The notes: generated by a model not told the origin, from the sequence alone. DNA of 64,000 bases from an uncultured Pseudomonadota bacterium (GCA_949292375.1 CASEZG010000001.1:131811-195810); one strand, 5' to 3'; positions 26,220 through 37,172 are shown, counted from the first letter of the stretch. Numbers and translations are program-made.

Positions 26220-28265
26220 CTATATTTGTCCTGTTTTTAACAAGTTGAAATATTTGTAAATGGAGCCCTCGGGAACATTCCAGCTAAAATCTTTTGACAT
26301 TGCATTCTTGGTCATTTGTTTGATTTTGTCAGGATGACGATAAAAGGCTTCAAGAGCTTTTTGTACTGTTTCGGCATAAGCATTGATATTATTTTTCAGT
26401 CTTTGAGCGGTTAGGTTTGAGCCGTAAACACGTCTTTTTTCGGTGAAAAATACTTCTGTGCGGAAACCGTCAACGCTGTCTTCAATGGTGTCAACTAAGC
26501 CGCCTGTGGACATCGCAATCGGCAGGGCTCCTTTGGCCATAGCTTCCATTTGAGTCAGGCCGCAGGGTTCAAAACGACAAGGCATTAAGTAAAAGTCTGA
26601 AGCTAACTGAATCGCATAGGCAAACTCATCTCTGTAACCACGGAAAACAAAGAGCCGTTTAGCCGCTTTCGGGTTGATTTCTGTGATTTTGTCTTTTAGT
26701 TTGGTTAGGAGTTCAAAGTTTTTGGCATCTCCGGCACCTCCTAAGATGAAAATCGGAAATTCCTTTTTGAAATTGTTGAATTTTGTGCAGAGGTTGATAA
26801 GAGCCTGAGCTGCAATATCATATCCTTTTTGCTCAACCAGACGGCTGGTGGCACAGAAAACCGGTGTTTTGGTTATATCTTGTATAATGCCGCTCAAGTC
26901 ATCAAACTTGTAGGTATCTATCAGCGGAATGGTTTGTTTTTTATATTCATTATCCGTTGCAATCTTGGAAAGAAGTTTGATAAATTCTTTTTTATTATGT
27001 AGCTTTGTTTCCAGATTATGTTCATCATAGACTTGAAAATCAAAGTCTTTAAAATACTCGTTGATGTGGTCTATTTTGGCTTTGTTGGGCGAAATGAGCT
27101 TTTTGTCATAGCCGTTGACGATGCCAAAAAAGTTACGATGATCTTTGCGTATTTTTAAAATATCGCGGAAGTCTAAACCGAAACCTAATTCTTTTGAAAC
27201 TTCTTCCATATAGTTTTTGGAAACCGTAACCACACGGTCAGCCAGATGAAAGTTACAAGAAGCTTGGTTATAGCTGTCATGAACAATCAGAGTATTTGTT
27301 GCGCGCGGGTTGGCGTTTTTGATAGCTTTGGCATTGCGAAAAACGGTTGAAACCGTTTCTTCATACAAGGAATTGAGAATTTTTGAAGTGTTTTCGTAAT
27401 CCCAGCCCTGATAACCTAAGTGATGTGCAATATGAATAATCGGGATGGATTTTATTTGTTCGGCAAGCGCGCTTGACATGGTTTGGTTTTCGACCTTTGC
27501 CGTTGTGAAATATTTGGTTAGGCCGGATAAAGCTCCGCTGTGCCAATCGTTGGCGATGAGAACATTCGGTTTTGCAATATCTTTGATTTTATTGTCGCAG
27601 ATATTTTCAATCAGCATATAAACGGCTTTGGAAAAGAAAGCAAAGCGCTCAACCTCATTAATGCCAAATTCATTTAAAACATAGCACCCGTCTTGTGCCG
27701 ATGGGTTTAGCGGATGCGGGTTGATTGAGAAAAAGCGTTCGTTTTCAAGAAATAAGTAGTCGGTGTTGGCAAAGTGACCTTTATAAACGGTTACTTTGTG
27801 ATCAACCAATGCATTTTTGTCGCCGAAAAAAGGAACCGTAATTGTTTTTATTTTTGTAACCGATGTTGTTTGATGTTCCGCTCCTTCATAGGTATCATTG
27901 GTTAGAGTTGCTTTTTTCTTTCCGGTGTTACCTAAATACATGGGGGTAACTATGGTTAAGGCGTGGCCATCTTTGCCGAAACATGCATTGAAAGCTTCAG
28001 GAAGTTCGGAAGCAACCATTCCCAGACCGCCCCATTTCATGAAAGATGCCGTTTCAGACGTAATCATCCAGCCTTGGATATTATTGATTTCCGGCCAAGG
28101 TGTTTTGCCTAAACATTGCTTTTTGCCAAGGTTTTGAATCTCTTGTAAGTTTGGATTGGAAACAACAGTACTATAAGTGAGAGTGAACTTCTTTTTATTA
28201 AAATCTGTCGGGAGGAAATTTGTATTGTTTTTTGTGTCGGTGTTTAGCGGAATTACGGCATTCAT
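26220..28265 (-). CDS. glgA: Glycogen/starch synthase (GT5), long divergent form
   Basis: SE...KWGGLG, ERFAFFSKA, NDWHSG, GIVNG, SRLVEQKG, RFEPCGLTQMEAM and TGGLVDT. Confidence 0.82.
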   Translation of the reverse strand: MNAVIPLNTDTKNNTNFLPTDFNKKKFTLTYSTVVSNPNLQEIQNLGKKQCLGKTPWPEINNIQGWMITSETASFMKWGGLGMVASELPEAFNACFGKDGHALTIVTPMYLGNTGKKKATLTNDTYEGAEHQTTSVTKIKTITVPFFGDKNALVDHKVTVYKGHFANTDYLFLENERFFSINPHPLNPSAQDGCYVLNEFGINEVERFAFFSKAVYMLIENICDNKIKDIAKPNVLIANDWHSGALSGLTKYFTTAKVENQTMSSALAEQIKSIPIIHIAHHLGYQGWDYENTSKILNSLYEETVSTVFRNAKAIKNANPRATNTLIVHDSYNQASCNFHLADRVVTVSKNYMEEVSKELGFGLDFRDILKIRKDHRNFFGIVNGYDKKLISPNKAKIDHINEYFKDFDFQVYDEHNLETKLHNKKEFIKLLSKIATDNEYKKQTIPLIDTYKFDDLSGIIQDITKTPVFCATSRLVEQKGYDIAAQALINLCTKFNNFKKEFPIFILGGAGDAKNFELLTKLKDKITEINPKAAKRLFVFRGYRDEFAYAIQLASDFYLMPCRFEPCGLTQMEAMAKGALPIAMSTGGLVDTIEDSVDGFRTEVFFTEKRRVYGSNLTAQRLKNNINAYAETVQKALEAFYRHPDKIKQMTKNAMSKDFSWNVPEGSIYKYFNLLKTGQI

Positions 28266-28431
28266 CTTTAGGTCTCTCAGTATCCAAAAATAATTATACG
28301 GAAGTATAAACATTTTTTTGGAAAAGTACAGCGCAAAAAAGCATCTGGGCTTGACTTGTTAATCTTTAATAACTAAGTTCTTAGTATAGTTATATATACA
28401 CGCAGTGGTAAAAAATTTAAAGAGGAAAAAT

Positions 28432-29034
28432 ATGAAAAAGTTTAAAAATCACCATCAGGAAAATCAGCAAAATTCAGGTGAAGAAGTTGAGGAAATTTTG
28501 GAAAAAGAATCCGAGGTAGAAGAAACTCCTGATGCCGATGAAATATCTGCGGCAGGTGATGATGATATTGTTGAGGCTCTTAAAGAAGAAAATCAGAAAC
28601 TTAAAGAGGATTATCTTCGGGCTTATGCTGAGTTGGAAAACACGAAAAAACGTTGCGCACAAGAGATTGAAAAGAATAATAAATATGCCGTATCGGCTTT
28701 TGCTAAAAATCTGTTGAGTGTGGCGGATAATTTGCACAGAGCTTTAAGTGCAATTCCTGAAGAAAAGCGTAATGAATGTGATGGCTTGATTAACCTGCTT
28801 AAAGGCGTGGAGCTTACGGAAGCTGATTTGATGAAAGCTTTTGAGAAGAATGGTATCAAAAAAATGGATATTATCGGGCAAGTTTTTGATCCAAATTTTC
28901 ATCAGGTTGTGCAAGAAGTTGAAGATGCAAGCAAGCCAAACGGTACAATTATTGCTGAGCTGCAAACAGGTTATATGCTTAATGACCGAATTTTGCGCGA
29001 GGCGATGGTTGTGGTTACTAAAGGCGGAAAATAG
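28432..29034 (+). CDS. grpE: Nucleotide exchange factor GrpE
   Basis: LRAYAELENTKKR, LLSVADNL, FDPNFHQ and GYMLNDRILREAMVVV. Confidence 0.95.
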   Translation: MKKFKNHHQENQQNSGEEVEEILEKESEVEETPDADEISAAGDDDIVEALKEENQKLKEDYLRAYAELENTKKRCAQEIEKNNKYAVSAFAKNLLSVADNLHRALSAIPEEKRNECDGLINLLKGVELTEADLMKAFEKNGIKKMDIIGQVFDPNFHQVVQEVEDASKPNGTIIAELQTGYMLNDRILREAMVVVTKGGK

Positions 29035-29050
29035 TTTTGTTTGTTGCTAA

Positions 29051-29078
29051 AAAAGCCGGAGAAAAATCTCCGGCTTTT
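29051..29078 (+). terminator. Terminator after grpE
   Basis: aaaagccggaga-aaaa-tctccggctttt. Confidence 0.8.
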
Positions 29079-29180
29079 GTGTATAAACCGGTAGGTATTT
29101 TTTTAATATTGTGCTTGCCGTCAAAATCGTTTTGCCGTAAATTAAAGCAGGTTGTTTTTTTTAGTTGAAGAGAGATTGAT

Positions 29181-29891
29181 ATGCGCCATTCCAATCGTTT
29201 AAAAGATGAAATCAGAAATATTGAGATTATACCGAATTTTAATCCTTATGCCGAAGGTTCCTGTCTGATTAAGTGCGGGGGAACGCATGTGGTTTGTACG
29301 GCCAGCGTGGAAGATAAGGTTCCCGCTTGGCTTAAAGGACAAAACAAAGGCTGGATTACGGCAGAATATGCCATGTTGCCGCGTGCAACACAAGTTAGAG
29401 TACAGAGAGAAGCCAAAAAACCTTCCGGTCGCACACAGGAAATTCAGCGGCTTATCGGGCGTTCGCTCAGAGCTGTTGTGGATTTGGAAAAAATGAAAGA
29501 TGTATCAATCTGCATTGATTGCGATGTTATTCAGGCAGATGGGGGAACGCGTACAGCGTCTATTACGGGTGGCTTTGTGGCTCTTTATTTGTGCGTGCGT
29601 AAGCTTTTGCTTGAGAAAAAACTTAAAACAAACCCTATTCGTGAATATGTTGCTGCCGTGTCTTGCGCCATTCATGAAGGAGAGAAAATTCTGGATGTGG
29701 ATTATGAGGAAGACTCTCATGCGCAGGCGGATATGAATTTTGTTTTAACCGAAAGCGGAAAGATTGTTGAAATTCAGGGAACAGCCGAAGGGAATCCGTT
29801 TGAGGAAGATGATTTTAAGGAGCTTTTGGGTTTAGCTCGCACGGGAATCGCCAAACTGATTGAGAAACAAAGAGAAGCATTGGGAATGTAG
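29181..29891 (+). CDS. rph: Ribonuclease PH
   Basis: GWITAEYAMLPRAT, EIQRLIGRSLRA, DCDVIQADGGTRTASITG and EIQGTAE. Confidence 0.96.
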   Translation: MRHSNRLKDEIRNIEIIPNFNPYAEGSCLIKCGGTHVVCTASVEDKVPAWLKGQNKGWITAEYAMLPRATQVRVQREAKKPSGRTQEIQRLIGRSLRAVVDLEKMKDVSICIDCDVIQADGGTRTASITGGFVALYLCVRKLLLEKKLKTNPIREYVAAVSCAIHEGEKILDVDYEEDSHAQADMNFVLTESGKIVEIQGTAEGNPFEEDDFKELLGLARTGIAKLIEKQREALGM

Positions 29892-29893
29892 AG

Positions 29894-30484
29894 ATGAGTT
29901 TTGAAAAGATTGTTTTAGCAACGCATAATCAGGGTAAAATTGCAGAAATGAGAGAGATGTTGAAACCTCTCGGAATTGCGGTAAGTTCGGCTGCAGAGTT
30001 AAATCTGCCTGATGTGGAAGAAACAGGCTCAACCTTTGAGGAAAACGCAAAACTCAAAGCCGAGCAGTTGTCAGCATTGTCCGGATTACCTTGTTTGGCT
30101 GATGATTCCGGTTTGTGTGTAGATGCGCTTAATGGTCGCCCAGGGGTTTATTCTGCGCGCTATGCACCAAACAGAGATTTTGACAAAGGTATGCAGATGC
30201 TACTTGATGAGTTGTCTGCGACCAAAGACACCGAACGTAAGGCTCATTTCTCCTGTGTGATGGCTTTTGCAAGACCAGATGAAAAAACACAGGTTTTTGA
30301 AGGCAGAGTTGACGGAAAAATCGCTCAGGCCAAAAAAGGCTGCGGAGGGTTCGGTTATGACCCGATTTTTGTGCCGGATGAGGGAGATGGGCGGAGTTTT
30401 GCCGAGTTTGACGGTGCAGAAAAAAATAAAATCTCGCACAGAGGCAGAGCTTTAAGAAAATTTTTGGAATATTTGCAGAAATAA
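29894..30484 (+). CDS. rdgB: dITP/XTP pyrophosphatase (HAM1)
   Basis: ATHNQGK, ADDSGL, PGVYSAR, GFGYDPIF and SHRGRAL. Confidence 0.95.
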   Translation: MSFEKIVLATHNQGKIAEMREMLKPLGIAVSSAAELNLPDVEETGSTFEENAKLKAEQLSALSGLPCLADDSGLCVDALNGRPGVYSARYAPNRDFDKGMQMLLDELSATKDTERKAHFSCVMAFARPDEKTQVFEGRVDGKIAQAKKGCGGFGYDPIFVPDEGDGRSFAEFDGAEKNKISHRGRALRKFLEYLQK

Positions 30485-30505
30485 GTCGATTACAGAGGAT
30501 TAAGC

Positions 30506-33385
30506 ATGGGTAAAATTTTTAATATTCCGGCGAGCTTGTCGGCGGTTGATGTGTTGGCCGAGAAGTTTTTGGCGGAATATGAACAAGACCCTTTGGCTTT
30601 GTCTGATGTACTGATGTTGTTGCCAAACAGGCGTGCGGTAAAGGCTTTGTCGGATGCCTTTGTAAGACAACGCGGGCTTGCGCCGACTTTGTTGCCGAAA
30701 ATGCTACCAATCGGCGATGTGGAAGAAGACGAACTTTTTCTGACGGGATTTGACTTTTCGGAAAGTTTGGCCTCACTGGCTCCCGCGATTGAGCGCAATG
30801 AGCGGTTGCTTTTGTTTACCAAGATTATTTTGAGCAAACCGACAGAGTTCGGACTTGAGAAAATGAGTGCGAATCAGGCATGCTATTTGGCTCAAGAATT
30901 GGCCGGTCTGATTGATACGGCGCATAATGAAAATTTGTCTTTTGATAAGCTGAAAGATTTGGTTCCGGCAGAATATGCCACGCACTGGCAGGAAACACTT
31001 AAGTTCTTGGAGATTATTACGAAATATTGGCCGGAGATTTTGCGAGAACGCGGGTTGATTGACCCAGCAGAGAGGCGCAATTTGTTGATTGCAGCGCAGG
31101 CAGAAATGTGGAAAAAGAATCCGCCAAACAAAAGAATCTGCGTTATCGGAACAACGGCAACTTTTCCGGCAATGAAAGATTTAGTTTCTGTGGTTTTGAC
31201 TTTGTCTGAGGGCGAAGTTTATTTGTCAGGTTTGGATAAGTTCTTAGACGATGAGAGTTGGGCAGCGGTTGATGAAACGCATCCGCAATTTGAGCTCAAA
31301 GACTTGCTTGCTTATCTGAAAATTGAGCGTGAAAATGTAGAGAATCTGCTGTTGCCGCAAAATAAGCCGCGTGAAAAGTTTATTTCAGAGATTATGCGGC
31401 CGGCCAAAACGACCGATAAATGGCGAGATATTGCTCAGGTCGGGCTTTATCATGAAGCTTATGACGGGATTAGTCTGATTAATTGTGCCGATGTGCGGCA
31501 AGAGGCTTTGGCTATTGCGCTGATTATGCGGGAATCCTTGGAAACGCCAGAAAAAACAACAGCTTTGGTTACGACGGACAGAAGCTTGGCCAGACGAGTG
31601 GCTTCAGAGCTTTGGCGTTGGAATATTAAGGTGGATGATTCCGCCGGTTGTCCTTTGGCGCAAACACCTGTCGGTATCTTTTTGCGACAGATTGCCATAG
31701 CTGTTAAAAGCAGTTTTATGCCGATTGAGTTTTTGTCTTTGCTGAAGCTGCCTTTGGCAGCGGGCGGATGTTCTTATGCCAAAATCAGACGTTTGGTCAG
31801 AGATTATGAGAAAAAGGTTTTGCGCAGCGGGTTTGCCGATGAAGTTTTGGAAGCCAAGATAAACAAGCTCAAAGATATTTTACGGCCGTTTTATGATTTG
31901 ATGCAACAACCCAAAGCAGATTTTAAGCTGCTTTTGGAAAAGCATATTAGAGTTGCGGAAGCTTTTGCCGCTTTGCCGGATAAAAAAGGCGCGGATATTT
32001 TGTGGCGAGGAGACGACGGTGAAGCAATGGCTGCTTTTGTGGCGGATTTGTACCAAAGTGCCGAAGTTTTGGGTGAGATAGAAACGGCTGAATACGCGGG
32101 TTTATTAGATGCGATGATGGCAAGTATTACCGTGCGTCCAAAATATGGTACGCATCCACGCCTGAAGATTTTGGGTCCGATTGAGGCAAGGTTGACGCAT
32201 TTTGATACAATTATTATCGGAGAGGTTAATGAAGGGGCTTTTCCAAAAGCAACAAGTGCTGACCCGTGGATGTCCAGACCGATGAAGAAGGATTTTGGTT
32301 TTCCGCTGCCGGAAAAAGCTATTGGGGTTTTGGCGCAGGATTTTTGTAATCTGCTTGCCGGAAAAAGGGTTTATTTGACCAGAGCTGAGCGCGTGCAGGG
32401 AACGCCGATGGTGAAATCTCGTTGGTGGATGCGGCTTGAAACGGTTTTGAAGGCCTTAAAAGTTGATATTGAGGATTTGGAAGACAATGCCTTTAGGGCT
32501 TGGGCTGAGTTTTTGGACAGAGTGGAAGTCTTTAAGCGTTTGTTGCCGCCGGAACCCAGACCGCCGGTTGAGGCTCGCCCACGGGTGATGTCGGCGAGCG
32601 CGGTGGAAAACTGGATGCGCGACCCGTATATTATTTATGCCAAATATATTCTTAAGCTTAAAAAACTTGATGATTTGGAACAAGATTTGAGCCTGAAAGA
32701 TTATGGCACAATTATTCATGCGGTTTTGGAAAAATTTAATAATAAATATGCGACAAGTTTTCCGCCTAATGCCAAAGAGGAGCTTTTGGCTTTGGGGCGT
32801 GAATATTTTAACGAAAACAAGATAGCCATGGAAACCAGAGCTTTTTGGTGGCCGGCTTTTGAAAAAACGGTGGATTGGCTGATTGGCGCAGAGCTAGATT
32901 ATCGCCCTGAGGTTAAGCAAGTGCATAATGAGGTGGAGGGGAGTTTTTCTTTTGAGGCTCCGGCCGGAAAGTTTACGATTACGGCCAAGGCCGACCGTGT
33001 TGATGAGACCAAAGAAGGTAAAATTAATATTATAGACTATAAAACAGGATATGCACGGAGTGCTAAAGAGGTGGCTTTCGGTTATGCGCCGCAATTGCCG
33101 ATAGAAGGGTTGATTGCAAAATTCGGCGGATTTGAGAATATTCCGGCAGCGGAAGTTGATAAGTTGATTTATTGGCAGCTCGGGCGAAAAGATATTGTTA
33201 TTGAGGATGATATGAATGAGCTGCTTGATAAAAACTATGAAAATATTGTTGCTTTGGCATCTGTTTTTGATTTTGAAAAAACAGCATATATCAGCAAGCC
33301 GAATCCGAAATATGCGCCGAAATATTCGGATTATGAGCATTTGGCCAGAGTGCGCGAATGGTCGGTTGTTGATGATGAGGAGTGA
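30506..33385 (+). CDS. addB: Double-strand break repair protein AddB
   Basis: LPNRRA, LGPIEARL, DPWMSRPM, SRWW, RDPY and KADRVD...IIDYKTG nuclease motif. Confidence 0.93.
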   Translation: MGKIFNIPASLSAVDVLAEKFLAEYEQDPLALSDVLMLLPNRRAVKALSDAFVRQRGLAPTLLPKMLPIGDVEEDELFLTGFDFSESLASLAPAIERNERLLLFTKIILSKPTEFGLEKMSANQACYLAQELAGLIDTAHNENLSFDKLKDLVPAEYATHWQETLKFLEIITKYWPEILRERGLIDPAERRNLLIAAQAEMWKKNPPNKRICVIGTTATFPAMKDLVSVVLTLSEGEVYLSGLDKFLDDESWAAVDETHPQFELKDLLAYLKIERENVENLLLPQNKPREKFISEIMRPAKTTDKWRDIAQVGLYHEAYDGISLINCADVRQEALAIALIMRESLETPEKTTALVTTDRSLARRVASELWRWNIKVDDSAGCPLAQTPVGIFLRQIAIAVKSSFMPIEFLSLLKLPLAAGGCSYAKIRRLVRDYEKKVLRSGFADEVLEAKINKLKDILRPFYDLMQQPKADFKLLLEKHIRVAEAFAALPDKKGADILWRGDDGEAMAAFVADLYQSAEVLGEIETAEYAGLLDAMMASITVRPKYGTHPRLKILGPIEARLTHFDTIIIGEVNEGAFPKATSADPWMSRPMKKDFGFPLPEKAIGVLAQDFCNLLAGKRVYLTRAERVQGTPMVKSRWWMRLETVLKALKVDIEDLEDNAFRAWAEFLDRVEVFKRLLPPEPRPPVEARPRVMSASAVENWMRDPYIIYAKYILKLKKLDDLEQDLSLKDYGTIIHAVLEKFNNKYATSFPPNAKEELLALGREYFNENKIAMETRAFWWPAFEKTVDWLIGAELDYRPEVKQVHNEVEGSFSFEAPAGKFTITAKADRVDETKEGKINIIDYKTGYARSAKEVAFGYAPQLPIEGLIAKFGGFENIPAAEVDKLIYWQLGRKDIVIEDDMNELLDKNYENIVALASVFDFEKTAYISKPNPKYAPKYSDYEHLARVREWSVVDDEE

Positions 33386-33394
33386 GGTTTTTTG

Positions 33395-36300
33395 ATGATG
33401 GACGAGATTGCAACAGAACGCCAAAGACTTGGTGAAAAAGCTACTCTTCAACAGAGGAAGGCTGCAAACCCGTTGCGCTCGGTTTGGGTGGAAGCCTCAG
33501 CCGGAACGGGCAAAACCAAAGTGCTCTCAGATAGGGTTTTGCGTTTGTTATTAAGCGGGGTGCAACCGGCAAAAATTTTGTGCCTGACCTATACAAAAGC
33601 AGCAGCGGTGGAGATGAGTTCGCGTATTGCCGGAAGGTTGAGCCGTTGGGCGGTGGCAAGTGATGATGACTTGCATAAAGAACTTTTGAAGCTTTTGGGA
33701 AGTCTGCCGGAAAACCACAAAGATTATGCCAAATTGGAAGCGCAAGCTCGCAAGCTTTTTGCTGTTTTGTTAGACACGCCCGGCGGAATGAAAATCCAGA
33801 CTATTCATAGTTTTTGCCAAGAGGTTTTGAAAAGATTTCCGTTGGAGGCAAAAGTTTCGCCATATTTTGAGGTGATGGATGACCGTACGGCGGCGGAAGC
33901 TTTGGAAGATATTAAGCAAGCTTTATTACAAAAAATTGAGCTAGAGCCGGAAAGTCGTGCCGGAAAAGCTTTGGCCTTTTTGACCAAAAACGTGAGCGAA
34001 TTTCAGTTTCCGAAAATTATGAATGCGATTGCTGAAGCAAGAAATAAGATTATTCGGTTGTTTGCGGCCTATGGTGATGCAGAAGCCGTTTTGGCAGAGC
34101 TTAGTCGGCGATTGGGTGTGGCAGAAGAAGACACGGAAGAAGCTTTGGTGGCTGAATTTATGGCACAAGCGGACAGAGCCGAAGTTCGGCGTTGGGCTGA
34201 GGCATGGCAGCACGGAGGTGTGAAAGACAGTGCTAAAGCCGAAAAAATTTATGCTGTTTTGGAAAGCGGATTTGACCGCCAAAATTATGAGCTTTATAAG
34301 TCGGTATTTTTGACGAAGAAAAACGAACTTTATGCAAAATACGGCGATAAAGAATCGTTAAAATATTATGCCGAATTATCCGAAAAAGCCGCCTTGGAAG
34401 CAGAAAGGATTTTGGCTCTTGAAAATAAACTGACGGCAGTGCGGGTTTTGGCTTCTACGCGAGCCGTATTGTTTTTGGCAGAAGATTTAATTTCGGGTTA
34501 TAACCACTTCAAAAAAATACATTCCAAAATGGACTATGAAGACCTGATTGTGCTGACAAGACGGTTGCTGGAAAATTCTGCCGTGGCGGATTGGGTATTA
34601 TTTAAGTTGGACGGCGGTATAGAGCATGTATTGATTGATGAGGCACAAGATACTTCTCCCGACCAATGGGCTATTGTTAAGGCTTTGACGGCGGATTTTT
34701 TTGCCGGAGAAGGTGCCGGAGATGCTTTGAGAACGGTTTTTGCCGTGGGGGACAGAAAACAATCTATTTATAGTTTTCAGGGTGCGGACCCCAGAGGTTT
34801 TGATGAAATGCGGCAATATTTTGCCAAGCAAGCCAAAGATTTTGATCAGGTTAATTTGGCTGTGTCTTTCCGTTCAACCTCGGCAGTGCTGGACGTGGTT
34901 AATGAGGTTTTCAGAGACGAAAAAGCCTCACAAGGTGTAGCAAACGAAGGTGAAGATATTACGCATATTCCGTTTAGGTCAGGTGACGGCGGGCGGGTTG
35001 AACTTTGGCCTTTGGTAGAGCCTGAAGAAGATGATAAAAATGATGTTTGGTTGCCGCCGGTAGAAAGAAGCCGTGGCGAATCTACCAGTGCAAGATTGGC
35101 GCAAAAAATTGCTTCAAAAATCAAGAAAATGGTAGAAAGCAGAGAAATCTTAGTTTCACAAAACAGGCCTGTGCGTTATAAGGATTTTATGATATTGGTT
35201 CAACGCCGAAACGCCTTTGTGGAAGAGATGGTGCGTGCTTGTAAAAATGCTAATGTTAATGTCGCCGGTGTTGATAAAATCCGTTTGTTGGAGCAAATAG
35301 CTATTCAGGATTTGGTGGCTTTGGGTGAGTTCTTATTGCTGCCTACCGATGATTTGACTTTGGCAACAATCTTGAAGTCACCGCTTTTCGGACTTGATGA
35401 TGATGATTTGTTCCGCTTGTGTTATGAGAGAGGGCAAACCACTCTTTGGACAAGGCTTGGGCAAGATGATAAATATGCAGAAGTTTATAAAACTTTGCAG
35501 GATTTGTTGGATAAGGCGGATTTTGTTCGTCCGTTTGAGCTTTATGCTTATGTCTTAAACAAGCTTAATGGGCGCAAAAAATTTGTGGAACGTATGGGCT
35601 ATGAGGTTGAAGACGGGTTGGATGAGTTTGTTAATCTGACTTTGGCTTATGAGCAAGAACATATTCCGACTTTGCAAGGTTTTATCTGTCGGATTAAGCA
35701 AGATGAAATAGAAATTAAGCGCGAGCTGGAGCAAAGCGAGGCAGATGCGGTCAGGATTATGACCGTGCATGGCTCCAAAGGTTTGCAAGCTCCGATTGTG
35801 ATTTTGCCGGATACGGTGCGTGTGGTCGCAACCAAAAAAGAAGCCGGATTGCTCTGGGATGATGTCTTTTATTATCCTCTCTCCGCCAAAGATTATGAGG
35901 CAAATTGTGAAAAAGTTAAAGCCAAAGAATCCGAGCTGGCGTTAAACGAATATCGTCGCTTGCTCTATGTTGCTTTAACGCGTGCCGAAGACAGGTTGTG
36001 TGTTTGCGGGTATCGTAAAAAGACAAAAGAATCCGAAGATTCTTGGTATTCTTTGGTGAAAAAAACTTTTGCTTCCTTAGCAGAAGAAAAAGATGACGGG
36101 ACTTTGGTTTATGATGTGGTGCAAAAGCTCCCCGTGAAAGAAGATGAAGGTACAAAAGCCAAGAGTTTTATGCGTCCGCCTTTTGATTGGATTTATCAAA
36201 ATCCGCCGGAAGAGGGGGCTTTGGCAAAACCTTATACGCCATCAAAGCCCGAAGATACTGAAGAGCAGGCACTGTCTTCGCCGATTGGCGAGGGCGGGCA

Positions 36301-36769
36301 AAGCAGGTACCGGCGCGGGCGGCTTATTCATAAGTTGTTGCAGTTTTTGCCGGATGTGGCAGCAAAAGACAAGAGCAAAATTATCAAAGAGTTTTTAGCC
36401 AAAGAAGCATATGGTTTGGATGAATCTGAAGTTGAGAGAATTTGCTCGGAGGTTTTGTCTTTGTTGGAGAATCCGAAATTTGCTGAAATGTTTGGCGCAA
36501 ATTCTAAGGCCGAAGTGCCGATTATGGGCGTGGTTGACGGCAGAATTGTGTCTGCGCAAGTGGATAGGTTGGCGGTGTTTGATGACAAAGTCGTGGTTAT
36601 TGATTTTAAGACAAACCGTCCGGCGGCCAAAACTTTGGCGGATGTTCCTTCAATATATGTACGGCAGCTTGAGGCATATCGTAAGCTGCTTGAAGCCGTT
36701 TATCCGGCAAAGCGGGTCGAAACCTATATTTTGTGGACAGACACGGCTCATTTGATGGAAATTGCATAA
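33395..36769 (+). CDS. addA: Double-strand break repair helicase/nuclease AddA
   Basis: ASAGTGKT, LIDEAQDT, GDRKQSIYSFQGA, MTVHGSKGLQ, LLYVALTRA and QVDRL...IDFKT. Confidence 0.95.
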   Translation: MMDEIATERQRLGEKATLQQRKAANPLRSVWVEASAGTGKTKVLSDRVLRLLLSGVQPAKILCLTYTKAAAVEMSSRIAGRLSRWAVASDDDLHKELLKLLGSLPENHKDYAKLEAQARKLFAVLLDTPGGMKIQTIHSFCQEVLKRFPLEAKVSPYFEVMDDRTAAEALEDIKQALLQKIELEPESRAGKALAFLTKNVSEFQFPKIMNAIAEARNKIIRLFAAYGDAEAVLAELSRRLGVAEEDTEEALVAEFMAQADRAEVRRWAEAWQHGGVKDSAKAEKIYAVLESGFDRQNYELYKSVFLTKKNELYAKYGDKESLKYYAELSEKAALEAERILALENKLTAVRVLASTRAVLFLAEDLISGYNHFKKIHSKMDYEDLIVLTRRLLENSAVADWVLFKLDGGIEHVLIDEAQDTSPDQWAIVKALTADFFAGEGAGDALRTVFAVGDRKQSIYSFQGADPRGFDEMRQYFAKQAKDFDQVNLAVSFRSTSAVLDVVNEVFRDEKASQGVANEGEDITHIPFRSGDGGRVELWPLVEPEEDDKNDVWLPPVERSRGESTSARLAQKIASKIKKMVESREILVSQNRPVRYKDFMILVQRRNAFVEEMVRACKNANVNVAGVDKIRLLEQIAIQDLVALGEFLLLPTDDLTLATILKSPLFGLDDDDLFRLCYERGQTTLWTRLGQDDKYAEVYKTLQDLLDKADFVRPFELYAYVLNKLNGRKKFVERMGYEVEDGLDEFVNLTLAYEQEHIPTLQGFICRIKQDEIEIKRELEQSEADAVRIMTVHGSKGLQAPIVILPDTVRVVATKKEAGLLWDDVFYYPLSAKDYEANCEKVKAKESELALNEYRRLLYVALTRAEDRLCVCGYRKKTKESEDSWYSLVKKTFASLAEEKDDGTLVYDVVQKLPVKEDEGTKAKSFMRPPFDWIYQNPPEEGALAKPYTPSKPEDTEEQALSSPIGEGGQSRYRRGRLIHKLLQFLPDVAAKDKSKIIKEFLAKEAYGLDESEVERICSEVLSLLENPKFAEMFGANSKAEVPIMGVVDGRIVSAQVDRLAVFDDKVVVIDFKTNRPAAKTLADVPSIYVRQLEAYRKLLEAVYPAKRVETYILWTDTAHLMEIA

Positions 36770-36857
36770 TTTTTGGTTGTTTTTATTTTAATAGACTTTA
36801 ATATATCTAAATCAAAACCTATATAGTTTTTGTTACTACTAATTGAAAGGGAATAAT

Positions 36858-37172
36858 ATGAAGCAAATTACAGACAGTCAGTTTGAATCAGAGGTTCTTA
36901 AATCTAAGGGTTTGGTTCTGGTTGACTTTTGGGCAGAATGGTGCGGTCCTTGTCGTCAGTTGGGGCCGGTTTTGGAAGAGGTTTCTAAGGAAATGGGCGA
37001 CAAAGTTACCATTTGCAAGATGAATGTTGACGAATCTCCGAATACGGCTGCTCAGTATGGAATCCGTAGTATTCCGACAATGTTCTTGTTTAAGGACGGT
37101 AAGCAAGTTGATGTTAAGGTTGGCTTGAACTCTCAAGCCTCTTTGGTTTCTTGGATTGAGTCCCACAGATAA
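36858..37172 (+). CDS. trxA: Thioredoxin
   Basis: VDFWAEWCGPC; canonical addB-addA-trxA order. Confidence 0.96.
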   Translation: MKQITDSQFESEVLKSKGLVLVDFWAEWCGPCRQLGPVLEEVSKEMGDKVTICKMNVDESPNTAAQYGIRSIPTMFLFKDGKQVDVKVGLNSQASLVSWIESHR

